Shown here one piece after another: positions 50,301 through 64,000 of a DNA stretch of 64,000 nt. Location: NCBI GenBank assembly GCA_964016885.1, contig OZ024740.1, positions 46,252,001-46,316,000 of the forward strand, in the 5' to 3' direction. Below the pieces are notes generated by a model. The model was not told the origin of the DNA, ran no database searches, and saw only the letters and a program-made list of their open reading frames with translations. The translations under genes were made by a program, and so were the position numbers. Each line of letters opens with the position of its first letter. Positions within the stretch are counted from its first letter, which is position 1. This stretch comes from Eledone cirrhosa (taxonomy: Eukaryota).

Positions 50301-53300
50301 AGGACCATATACGACACACGAGAAATGTAATACACACATCTAGGACCATATACAACACACGAGAAGGTAATACACACATCTAAGAGCATATACAACACAC
50401 GAGAAGGTAATACACACATCTAGGACCACATACAACACACGAGAAGGTAATACACACACCTATGACCACATACAACACACGAGAAGGTAATACACACATC
50501 TAGGACCACATACGACACACGAGAAGGTAATACACACATCTAGGACCATATACAACACACGAGCCGGTAATACACACGCCTAGGACCACATACTACACAC
50601 GAGAAGGTAATACACACATCTAGGACCATATACAACACACGAGAAGGTAATACACACATCTAGGACCACATACGACATACGAGAAGGTAATACACACATC
50701 TAGGACCACATACTTCACACGATAAGGTAATACACACATCTAGGACCATATACAACACACGAGATGGTAATACACATATCTAGGACCATATACAACACAC
50801 GAGAAGTTAATACACACATCTAGGACCACATACAACACACGAGAAGGTAATACACACATCTAGGACGATATACAACAGACGATAAGGTAATACTCAAATC
50901 TAGGACCACATACAACACACAAGAAGGTAATACACACATCTAGGACCACATACAACACACGAGAAGTTAATACACACATCTAGTACCACATACAACACAC
51001 GAGAAGGTAATACACACATCTAAGACTACATACAACACACGAGAAGGTAATACACACATCTAGGACCACATACAACACACGAGAAGGTAATACACACATC
51101 TAGGACCACATACAACACACGATAAGGTAATACACACATCTAGGACCATATACAACACACGATAAGGTAATACACACATCTAAGACTACATACAACACAC
51201 GAGTAGGTAATACACACATCTAGGACCACATACAACACACGATAAGGTAATACACACATCTAGGACCATATACAACTCACGAGAAGGTAATACACACATC
51301 TAGGACCATATGCAACACACGAGAAGGTAATACACACATCTAGGACCACATACAACACACGAGAAGGTAATACACACACCTATGGCCACATACAACTCAC
51401 GAGAAGGTAATACACACATCTAAGACCACATACAACAGACGAGAAGGTAATACACACATCTAGAACCATATACAACACACGAGAAGATAATACACACATC
51501 TAGGACCACATACAACACACGAGAAGATAATACACACATCTAGGACCACATACAACACACGAGAAGGTAATACACACATCTAGGACCATATACAACTCAC
51601 GAGAAGCTAATACACACATCTAGGACCATATGCAACACACGAGAAGGTAATACACACATCTAGGACCACATACAACACACGAGAAGGTAATACACACACC
51701 TATGGCCACATACAACTCACGAGAAGATAATACACACATCTAGGACCACATACAACACACGAGAAGATAATACACACATCTAGGACCACATACAACACAC
51801 GAGAATGTAATACACACATCTAAGACCATAGACAACACACGAGAAGGTAATACACACATCTAGGACCACATACAACACACGAGAAGGTAATACACACATC
51901 TAGGACCACATACAACACACGAGAAGGTAATACACACATCTAAGACCATATACAACACACGAGAATGTAATACACACATCTAGGACCACATACAACACAC
52001 GAGAAGATAATACACACATCTAAGAGCATATACAACACACCAGAAGGTAATACACACATCTAAGACCATATACAACACACGAGAAGGTAATACACACATC
52101 TAGGACCACATACGACACACGAGAAGGTAATACACACATCTAGGACCATATACAACACACGAGCCGGTAATACACACGCCTAGGACCATATACAACAGAC
52201 GATCAGGTAATACACACATCTAGGACCATATACAACACACGAGAAGGTAATACACACATCTAAGACTACATACAACACACGAGAAGGTAATACACACATC
52301 TAGGACCATATGCAACACACGAGAAGGTAATACACACATCTAGGACCACAAGCAACAGACGAGAAGATAATACACACACCTTGGACCACATACAACACAC
52401 GAGAAGGTAATACACACATCTAGGACCATATACAACACACGAGAAGGTAATACACACATCTAGGACCATATACAACACAGGAGAAGGAAATACACACATC
52501 TAAGACTACATACAACACACGAGAAGGTAATACACACATCTAGGACCATATACGACACACGAGAAATGTAATACACACATCTAGGACCATATACAACACA
52601 CGAGAAGGTAATACACACATCTAAGAGCATATACAACACACGAGAAGGTAATACACACATCTAGGACCACATACAACACACGAGAAGGTAATACACACAC
52701 CTATGACCACATACAACACACGAGAAGGTAATACACACATCTAGGACCACATACGACACACGAGAAGGTAATACACACATCTAGGACCATATACAACACA
52801 CGAGCCGGTAATACACACGCCTAGGACCACATACTACACACGAGAAGGTAATACACAATTCTAGGACCATATACAACACACGAGAAGGTAATACACACAT
52901 CTAGGACCACATACGACATACGAGAAGGTAATACACACATCTAGGACCACATACTTCACACGATAAGGTAATACACACATCTAGGACCATATACAACACA
53001 CGAGATGGTAATACACATATCTAGGACCATATACAACACACGAGAAGTTAATACACACATCTAGGACCACATACAACACACGAGAAGGTAATACACACAT
53101 CTAGGACGATATACAACAGACGATAAGGTAATACTCAAATCTAGGACCACATACAACACACAAGAAGGTAATACACACATCTAGGACCACATACAACACA
53201 CGAGAAGTTAATACACACATCTAGGACCACATACAACACACGAGAAGGTAATACACACATCTAAGACTACATACAACACACGAGAAGGTAATACACACAT

Positions 53301-56300
53301 CTAGGACCACATACAACACACGAGAAGGTAATACACACATCTAGGACCACATACAACACACGATAAGGTAATACACACATCTAGGACCATATACAACACA
53401 CGATAAGGTAATACACACATCTAAGACTACATACAACACACGAGTAGGTAATACACACATCTAGGACCACATACAACACACGATAAGGTAATACACACAT
53501 CTAGGACCATATACAACTCACGAGAAGGTAATACACACATCTAGGACCATATGCAACACACGAGAAGGTAATACACACATCTAGGACCACATACAACACA
53601 CGAGAAGGTAATACACACACCTATGGCCACATACAACTCACGAGAAGGTAATACACACATCTAAGACCACATACAACAGACGAGAAGGTAATACACACAT
53701 CTAGAACCATATACAACACACGAGAAGATAATACACACATCTAGGACCACATACAACACACGAGAAGATAATACACACATCTAGGACCACATACAACACA
53801 CGAGAAGGTAATACACACATCTTAGACCATATACAACACACGAGAAGGTAATACACACATCTAGGACCACATACAACACACGAGAAGGTAATACACACAT
53901 CTAGGACCACATACAACACACGAGAAGGTAATACACACATCTAGGACCACATACAACACACGAGAAGGGAATACACACATCTAGAACCATATACAACACA
54001 CGAGAAGATAATACACACATCTAGGACCAGATACAACACACGATAAGGTAATACACACATCTAGGACCATATACAACACACGATAATGTAATACACACAT
54101 CTAAGACTACATACAACACACGAGTAGGTAATACACACATCTAGGACCACATACAACACACGATAAGGTAATACACACATCTAGGACCATATACAACTCA
54201 CGAGAAGCTAATACACACATCTAGGACCATATGCAACACACGAGAAGGTAATACACACATCTAGGACCACATACAACACACGAGAAGGTAATACACACAC
54301 CTATGGCCACATACAACTCACGAGAAGGTAATACACACATCTAAGACCACATACAACAGACGAGAAGGTAATACACACATCTAGAACCATATACAACACA
54401 CGAGAAGATAATACACACATCTAGGACCACATACAACACACGAGAAGATAATACACACATCTAGGACCACATACAACACACGAGAAGGTAATACACACAT
54501 CTAGGACCATATACAACTCACGAGAAGCTAATACACACATCTAGGACCATATGCAACACACGAGAAGGTAATACACACATCTAGGACCACATACAACACA
54601 CGAGAAGGTAATACACACACCTATGGCCACATACAACTCACGAGAAGATAATACACACATCTAGGACCACATACAACACACGAGAAGATAATACACACAT
54701 CTAGGACCACATACAACACACGAGAATGTAATACACACATCTAAGACCATAGACAACACACGAGAAGGTAATACACACATCTAGGACCACATACAACACA
54801 CGAGAAGGTAATACACACATCTAGGACCACATACAACACACGAGAAGGTAATACACACATCTAAGACCATATACAACACACGAGAATGTAATACACACAT
54901 CTAGGACCACATACAACACACGAGAAGGTAATACACACATCTAAGAGCATATACAACACACCAGAAGGTAATACACACATCTAAGACCATATACAACACA
55001 CGAGAAGGTAATACACACATCTAGGACCACATACGACACACGAGAAGGTAATACACACATCTAGGACCATATACAACACACGAGCCGGTAATACACACGC
55101 CTAGGACCATATACAACAGACGATCAGGTAATACACACATCTAGGACCATATACAACACACGAGAAGGTAATACACACATCTAAGACTACATACAACACA
55201 CGAGAAGGTAATACACACATCTAGGACCATATGCAACACACGAGAAGGTAATACACACATCTAGGACCACAAGCAACAGACGAGAAGATAATACACACAC
55301 CTTGGACCACATACAACACACGAGAAGGTAATACACACATCTAGGACCATATACAACACACGAGAAGGTAATACACACATCTAGGACCATATACAACACA
55401 GGAGAAGGAAATACACACATCTAAGACTACATACAACACACGAGAAGGTAATACACACATCTAGGACCATATACGACACACGAGAAATGTAATACACACA
55501 TCTAGGACCATATACAACACACGAGAAGGTAATACACACATCTAAGAGCATATACAACACACGAGAAGGTAATACACACATCTAGGACCACATACAACAC
55601 ACGAGAAGGTAATACACACACCTATGACCACATACAACACACGAGAAGGTAATACACACATCTAGGACCACATACGACACACGAGAAGGTAATACACACA
55701 TCTAGGACCATATACAACACACGAGCCGGTAATACACACGCCTAGGACCACATACTACACACGAGAAGGTAATACACAATTCTAGGACCATATACAACAC
55801 ACGAGAAGGTAATACACACATCTAGGACCACATACGACATACGAGAAGGTAATACACACATCTAGGACCACATACTTCACAGGATAAGGTAATACACACA
55901 TCTAGGACCATATACAACACACGAGATGGTAATACACATATCTAGGACCATATACAACACACGAGAAGTTAATACACACATCTAGGACCACATACAACAC
56001 ACGAGAAGGTAATACACACATCTAGGACGATATACAACAGACGATAAGGTAATACTCAAATCTAGGACCACATACAACACACAAGAAGGTAATACACACA
56101 TCTAGGACCACATACAACACACGAGAAGTTAATACACACATCTAGGACCACATACAACACACGAGAAGGTAATACACACATCTAAGACTACATACAACAC
56201 ACGAGAAGGTAATACACACATCTAGGACCACATACAACACACGAGAAGGTAATACACACATCTAGGACCACATACAACACACGATAAGGTAATACACACA

Positions 56301-57240
56301 TCTAGGACCATATACAACACACGATAAGGTAATACACACATCTAAGACTACATACAACACACGAGTAGGTAATACACACATCTAGGACCACATACAACAC
56401 ACGATAAGGTAATACACACATCTAGGACCATATACAACTCACGAGAAGGTAATACACACATCTAGGACCATATGCAACACACGAGAAGGTAATACACACA
56501 TCTAGGACCACATACAACACACGAGAAGGTAATACACACACCTATGGCCACATACAACTCACGAGAAGGTAATACACACATCTAAGACCACATACAACAG
56601 ACGAGAAGGTAATACACACATCTAGAACCATATACAACACACGAGAAGATAATACACACATCTAGGACCACATACAACACACGAGAAGATAATACACACA
56701 TCTAGGACCACATACAACACACGAGAAGGTAATACACACATCTTAGACCATATACAACACACGAGAAGGTAATACACACATCTAGGACCACATACAACAC
56801 ACGAGAAGGTAATACACACATCTAGGACCACATACAACACACGAGAAGGTAATACACACATCTAGGACCACATACAACACACGAGAAGGGAATACACACA
56901 TCTAGAACCATATACAACACACGAGAAGATAATACACACATCTAGGACCAGATACAACACACGATAAGGTAATACACACATCTAGGACCATATACAACAC
57001 ACGATAATGTAATACACACATCTAAGACTACATACAACACACGAGTAGGTAATACACACATCTAGGACCACATACAACACACGATAAGGTAATACACACA
57101 TCTAGGACCATATACAACTCACGAGAAGCTAATACACACATCTAGGACCATATGCAACACACGAGAAGGTAATACACACATCTAGGACCACATACAACAC
57201 ACGAGAAGGTAATACACACACCTATGGCCACATACAACTC
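44330..57240. repeat. Irregular higher-order repeat, about 5 copies of a 2.2-2.9 kb unit, including a near-exact 2921-bp tandem duplication (~51.3-57.2 kb)
   Basis: The marker 'aaatgtaat' is at 45240, 47722, 50323, 52564 and 55485 (spacings 2482, 2601, 2241, 2921). ORF starts 44942, 47424, 50025, 52266 and 55187 show the same spacings. Confidence 0.88.
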
Positions 57241-58059
57241 ACACGAAGATAATACACACATCTAAGACCACATACAACACACGAGAATGTAATACATACA
57301 TCTAGAACCATATACAACACACGAGAAGATAATACACACATCTAGGACCACATACAACACACGAGAAGATAATACACACATCTAGGAACACATACAACAC
57401 ACGAGAAGTTAATACACACATCTAGGACCATATACAACAGACGAGCAGGTAATACACACATCTAGGACCATATACAACACACGAGAAGGTAATACACACA
57501 TCTAAGACTACATAAACACACGAGAAGGTAATACACACATCTAGGACCACATACAACACACGATAAGGTAATACACAGATCTAAGACCACATACAACACA
57601 CGAGAAGGTAATACACATATCTAGGACCACATACAACACACGATAAGGTAATACACACATCTAGGACCATATACGACACACGATAAGGTAATACACACAT
57701 CTAAGACTACATACAACACACGAGAAGGTAATACACACATCTAGGACCACATACAACACACGATAAGGTAATACACATATCTAGGACCATATACAACACA
57801 CGAGAAGGTAATACACACATCTAGGACCATATGCAACACACGAGAAGGTAATACACACATCTAGGACCACATACAACACACGAGAAAGTAATACACACAT
57901 CTATGGCCACATACAACATACGAGAAGGTAATACACACATCTAAGACCACATACAACACACAAGAAGGGAATACACACATCTAGAACCATATACAACACA
58001 CGAGAAGATAATACACACATCTAGGACCACATACAACACACGAGAAGATAATACACACA

Positions 58060-60080
58060 TCTAGGACCACATACAACACACGAGAATGTAATACACACAT
58101 CTAAGACCATATACAACACACGAGAAGGTAATACACACATCTAGGACCACATACAACACACGAGAAGGTAATACACACATCTAGGACCACATACAACACA
58201 CGAGAAGGTAATACACACATCTAAGACCATATACAACACACGAGAATGTAATACACACATCTAGGACCACATACAACACACGAGAAGGTAATACACACAT
58301 CTAAGAGCATATACAACACCCCAGAAGGTAATACACACATCTAAGACCATATACAACACACGAGAAGGTAATACACACATCTAGGACCACATACGACACA
58401 CGAGAAGGTAATACACACATCTAGGACCATATACAACACACGAGCCGGTAATACACACGCCTAGGACCATATACAACAGACGATCAGGTAATACACACAT
58501 CTAGGACCATATACAACACACGAGAAGGTAATACACACATCTAAGACTACATACAACACACGAGAAGGTAATACACACATCTAGGACCATATGCAAAACA
58601 CGAGAAGGTAATACACACATCTAGGACCACAAGCAACACACGAGAAGGTAATACACACACCTTGGACCACATACAACACACGAGAAGGTAATACACACAT
58701 CTAGGACCATATACAACACACGAGAAGGTAATACACACATCTAGAACCATATACAACACACGAGAAGATAATACACACATCTAGGACCACATACAACACA
58801 CGAGAAGATAATACACACATCTAGGACCACATACAACACACGAGAAGGTAATACACACATCTAAGACCATATACAACACACGAGAAGGTAATACACACAT
58901 CTAGAACCACATACAACACACGAGAAGGTAATACACACATCTAGGACCACATACATCACACGAGAAGGTAATACACACATCTAGGACCACATACAACACA
59001 CGAGAAGGTAATACACACACCTATGGCCACATACAACACACGAGAAGGTAATACACACATCTAGGACCACATACAACACACGAGAATGTAATACACACAT
59101 CTAAGACCATATACAACACACGAGAAGGTAATACACACATCTAGGACCACATACAACACACGAGAAGGTAATACACACATCTAGGACCACATACAACACA
59201 CGAGAAGGTAATACACACATCTAAGACCATATACAACACACGAGAATGTAATACACACATCTAGGACCACATACAACACACGAGAAGGTAATACACACAT
59301 CTAAGAGCATATACAACACCCCAGAAGGTAATACACACATCTAAGACCATATACAACACACGAGAAGGTAATACACACATCTAGGACCACATACGACACA
59401 CGAGAAGGTAATACACACATCTAGGACCATATACAACACACGAGCCGGTAATACACACGCCTAGGACCATATACAACAGACGATCAGGTAATACACACAT
59501 CTAGGACCATATACAACACACGAGAAGGTAATACACACATCTAAGACTACATACAACACACGAGAAGGTAATACACACATCTAGGACCATATGCAAAACA
59601 CGAGAAGGTAATACACACATCTAGGACCACAAGCAACACACGAGAAGGTAATACACACACCTTGGACCACATACAACACACGAGAAGGTAATACACACAT
59701 CTAGGACCATATACAACACACGAGAAGGTAATACACACATCTAGAACCATATACAACACACGAGAAGATAATACACACATCTAGGACCACATACAACACA
59801 CGAGAAGATAATACACACATCTAGGACCACATACAACACACGAGAAGGTAATACACACATCTAAGACCATATACAACACACGAGAAGGTAATACACACAT
59901 CTAGAACCACATACAACACACGAGAAGGTAATACACACATCTAGGACCACATACATCACACGAGAAGGTAATACACACATCTAGGACCACATACAACACA
60001 CGAGAAGGTAATACACACACCTATGGCCACATACAACACACGAGAAGGTAATACACACATCTAGGACCACATACAACACA
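58060..60080. repeat. Tandem duplication of 1000 bp (25 monomers)
   Basis: Identical ORFs at 58547/59547. Private variants caccccag (~58317/59317), atgcaaaaca (58591/59591) and atacatcaca (58951/59951). Confidence 0.92.
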
Positions 60081-61359
60081 CGAGAAGGTAATACACACAA
60101 CTAGGACCACATACAACACACGAGAAGGTAATACACACATCTAGGACCACATACAACACACGAGAATGTAATACACACATCTAGGACCATATACAACACA
60201 CGAGAAGGTAATACACACACCTAGGACCACATACAACAGACGAGCAGGTAATACACACATCTAGGATCATATACAACACACGATAAGGTAATACACACAT
60301 CTAAGACTACATACAACACACGAGAAGGTATTACACACATCTAGGTCCATATTCAACACACGAGAAGGTAATACACACATCTAGGACCACATACAACACA
60401 CGAGAAGGTAATACACACACCTAGGAACACATACAACACACGAGAAGGTAATACACACATCTAGGACCATATACAACACACGAGAAGGTAATACACACAT
60501 CTAGGACAATATACAACACACGAGAAGGTAATACACACACCTAGGACCATATACAACACACGAGAAGGTAATACACACACCTAGGACCACATACAACACA
60601 CGAGAAGGTAATACACACATCTAGGACCATATACAACACACGAGAAGGTAATACACACATCTAGGACCATATACAACACACGATAAGGTAATACACACAT
60701 CTAGGACCATATACAACACACGAAGATAATACACACATCTAAGAGCATATACAACACACGAGAAGGTAATACACACATCTAGGACCATATACAACACACG
60801 AGAAGGTAATACACACATCTAGGACCACATACAACACACGAGAAGGTAATACACACATCTAGGACCACATACAACACACGAGAAGGTAATACACACATCT
60901 AGGACCACATACAACACACGAGAAGGTAATACACACATCTAGGACCACATACAACACACGAGAAGGTAATACACATATCTAGGACTATATACAACACACG
61001 AGAAGGTAATACACACACCTAGGACCATATACAACAGACGAGCAGGTAATACACACATCTAGGACCATATACAACACACGATAAGGTAATACACACATCT
61101 AAGACTACATACAACACACGAGAAGGTAATACACACATCTAGGCCCATATGCAACAAACGAGAAGGTAATACACACATCTAGGACCACATACAACACACG
61201 AGAAGGTAATACACACATCTAGGACCATATACAACACACGAGAAGGTAATGCACACATCTAGGACCATATACAACACACGAGAAGGTAATACACACACCT
61301 AGGACCATATACAACACACGAGAAGGTAATACACACATCTAGGACCACATACAACACAC

Positions 61360-64000
61360 GAGAAGGTAATACACACATCTAAGACCACATACAACACACG
61401 AGAAGGTAATACACACATCTAGAACCATATACAACACACGAGAAGATAATACACACATCTAGGACCACATACAACACACGAGAAGATAATACACACATCT
61501 AGGACCACATACAACACACGAGAAGTTAATACACACATCTAGGACCATATACAACAGACGAGCAGGTAATACACACATCTAGGACCATATGCAACACACG
61601 AGAAGGTAATACACACATCTAAGACTACATACAACACACGAGAAGGTAATACACACATCTAGGACCACATACAACACACGATAAGGTAATACACAGATCT
61701 AAGACCACATACAACACACGAGAAGGTAATACACATATCTAGGACCACATACAACACACGATAAGGTAATACACACATCTAGGACCATATACGACACACG
61801 ATAAGGTAATACACACATCTAAGACTACATACAACACACGAGAAGGTAATACACACGTCTAGGACCACATACAACACACGATAAGGTAATACACATATCT
61901 AGGACCATATACAACACACGAGAAGGTAATACACACATCTAGGACCATATGCAACACACGAGAAGGTAATACACACATCTAGGACCACATACAACACACG
62001 AGAAAGTAATACACACATCTATGGCCACATACAACATACGAGAAGGTAATACACACATCTAAGACCACATACAACACACGAGAAGGGAATACACACATCT
62101 AGAACCATATACAACACACGAGAAGATAATACACACATCTAGGACCACATACAACACACGAGAAGATAATACACACATCTAGGACCACATACAACACACG
62201 AGAATGTAATACACACATCTAAGACCATATACAACACACGAGAAGGTAATACACACATCTAGGACCACATACAACACACGAGAAGGTAATACACACATCT
62301 AGGACCACATACAACACACGAGAAGGTAATACACACATCTAAGACCATATACAACACACGAGAATGTAATACACACATCTAGGACCACATACAACACAGA
62401 GAAGGTAATACACACATCTAAGAGCATATACAACACACCAGAAGGTAATACACACATCTAAGACCATATACAACACACGAGAAGGTAATACACACATCTA
62501 GGACCACATACGACACACGAGAAGGTAATACACACATCTAGGACCATATACAACACACGAGCCGGTAATACACACGCCTAGGACCATATACAACAGACGA
62601 TCAGGTAATACACACATCTAGGACCATATACAACACACGAGAAGGTAATACACACATCTAAGACTACATACAACACACGAGAAGGTAATACACACATCTA
62701 GGACCATATGCAACACACGAGAAGGTAATACACACATCTAGGACCACAAGCAACACACGAGAAGGTAATACACACACCTTGTACCACATACAACACACGA
62801 GAAGGTAATACACACATCTAGGACCATATACAACACACGAGAAGGTAATACACACATCTAGGACCATATACAACACAGGAGAAGGTAATACACACATCTA
62901 AGACTACATACAACACACGAGAAGGTAATACACACATCTAGGACCATATACGACACACGAGAAATGTAATACACACATCTAGGACCATATACAACACACG
63001 AGAAGGTAATACACACATCTAAGAGCATATACAACACACGAGAAGGTAATACACACATCTAGGACCACATACAACACACGAGAAGGTAATACACACACCT
63101 ATGACCACATACAACACACGAGAAGGTAATACACACATCTAGGACCACATACGACACACGAGAAGGTAATACACACATCTAGGACCATATACAACACACG
63201 AGCCGGTAATACACACGCCTAGGACCACATACAACACACGAGAAGGTGATACACACATCTAGGACCACATACAACACACGAGAAGGTAATACACACATCT
63301 AAGACCACATACAACACACGAGAAGGTAATACACACATCTAAGACCACATACAACACACGAGAAGGTAATACACACATCTAGAACCATATACAACACACG
63401 AGAAGATAATACACACATCTAGGACCACATACAACACACGAGAAGATAATACACACATCTAGGACCACATACAACACACGAGAAGTTAATACACACATCT
63501 AGGACCATATACAACAGACGAGCAGGTAATACACACATCTAGGACCATATGCAACACACGAGAAGGTAATACACACATCTAAGACTACATACAACACACG
63601 AGAAGGTAATACACACATCTAGGACCACATACAACACACGATAAGGTAATACACAGATCTAAGACCACATACAACACACGAGAAGGTAATACACATATCT
63701 AGGACCACATACAACACACGATAAGGTAATACACACATCTAGGACCATATACGACACACGATAAGGTAATACACACATCTAAGACTACATACAACACACG
63801 AGAAGGTAATACACACGTCTAGGACCACATACAACACACGATAAGGTAATACACATATCTAGGACCATATACAACACACGAGAAGGTAATACACACATCT
63901 AGGACCATATGCAACACACGAGAAGGTAATACACACATCTAGGACCACATACAACACACGAGAAAGTAATACACACATCTATGGCCACATACAACATACG
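61360..64000. repeat. Block duplication, offset 1960 bp (49 monomers), truncated by the window end
   Basis: The private variant acacacgtct is at 61851 and 63811. The variant order in ~61380-62040 matches that in ~63340-64000. Confidence 0.85.

Larger units (their letters stand above)
1..64000. repeat. 40-bp tandem satellite array (~1,600 monomers, head-to-tail, single orientation), continuing past both window edges
   Basis: Positions 1-40 (cacgagaaggtaatacacacatctaggaccacatacaaca) recur with period 40 across the whole window. The register shifts only at occasional 1-3 bp indels. The consensus has A18 C11 G6 T5 (42.5% GC). No non-repeat sequence was seen. Confidence 0.99.
30751..64000. repeat. 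Right sub-array (variant subfamily B)
   Basis: Diagnostic variants that I saw only here: 'gagccggtaatacacacgcct' (from ~32717, about 20 sites), 'gacgatcagg', 'taagagcatat', 'ggacgatatacaacagacgataagg', 'gagatgg...cacatatct' and +A 'gagaaatgtaat' (8 sites). Confidence 0.85.

Noticed and set aside
45411-62400. Singleton indels (+1 at ~45413, -1 at ~57514, -2 at ~60723, -1 at ~62398)
   Set aside because: They are not shared with duplicate copies, so I cannot tell them from consensus errors or private mutations.
543-63058. Dozens of 65-106 aa Cys/Val-rich minus-strand ORFs (MCVLPSRVLY...) that look like a small-peptide gene family
   Set aside because: They are translations of the satellite. Because 40 is not divisible by 3, each frame meets the TAG of CTAG every 120 bp. 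ORFs appear only where CTAG is mutated (cttg, tcga) or an indel shifts the frame, which gives the stereotyped 79/66/93 aa lengths. There is no gene context or sign of coding selection.
1-64000. CRISPR array or other repeat-spacer system
   Set aside because: There are no unique spacers, since the entire 40 bp repeats. There is no leader, no cas genes and no notable repeat hairpin.
1-64000. One giant repetitive protein-coding exon, or a diversity-generating or antigenic-variation cassette array
   Set aside because: The plus strand has TAA and TAG in every monomer, and both strands are closed in all frames within about 120 bp. Variants are inherited in blocks rather than targeted, and no recombinase or reverse transcriptase is present.
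1-64000. Telomerase-synthesised telomere, or a rolling-circle or sequencing concatemer artefact
   Set aside because: Copying a single template would give identical units or random errors. The variants here are shared hierarchically between kb-scale blocks.
1-64000. Splice-donor-like AAG|GTAAT, CTAG palindromes and short (CA)n tracts in each monomer
   Set aside because: These short motifs are expected by chance. There is no exon context, and they are too short for cruciform, Z-DNA or microsatellite calls.

Overview
The whole 64 kb window is one uninterrupted, head-to-tail tandem array (satellite DNA) of a 40-bp monomer. The consensus is CACGAGAAGGTAATACACACATCTAGGACCACATACAACA, present in about 1,600 copies, all in one orientation, and most copies differ from it at 0-3 positions. 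I see no genes, RNA genes, transposon insertions, CRISPR spacers or unique sequence. Every ORF in the track is a translation of the repeat, opened where the single minus-strand TAG is mutated or frameshifted. The real structure is in the variant pattern. There are two sub-arrays with different diagnostic variants (about 1-30.75 kb and 30.75-64 kb), joined in register inside one monomer. Each is built from recent, nested, irregular multi-kb block duplications (offsets 2763, 1923, 4766, 5207, 3685 and 1002 bp on the left; 3322, 2038, 2241-2921, 1000 and 1960 bp on the right). The array is most likely eukaryotic heterochromatic, pericentromeric or subtelomeric satellite, but I do not recognise the family or organism. 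I find no support for a novel gene-encoded system here. All counts and offsets were read by eye or taken from the ORF track and need computational confirmation.
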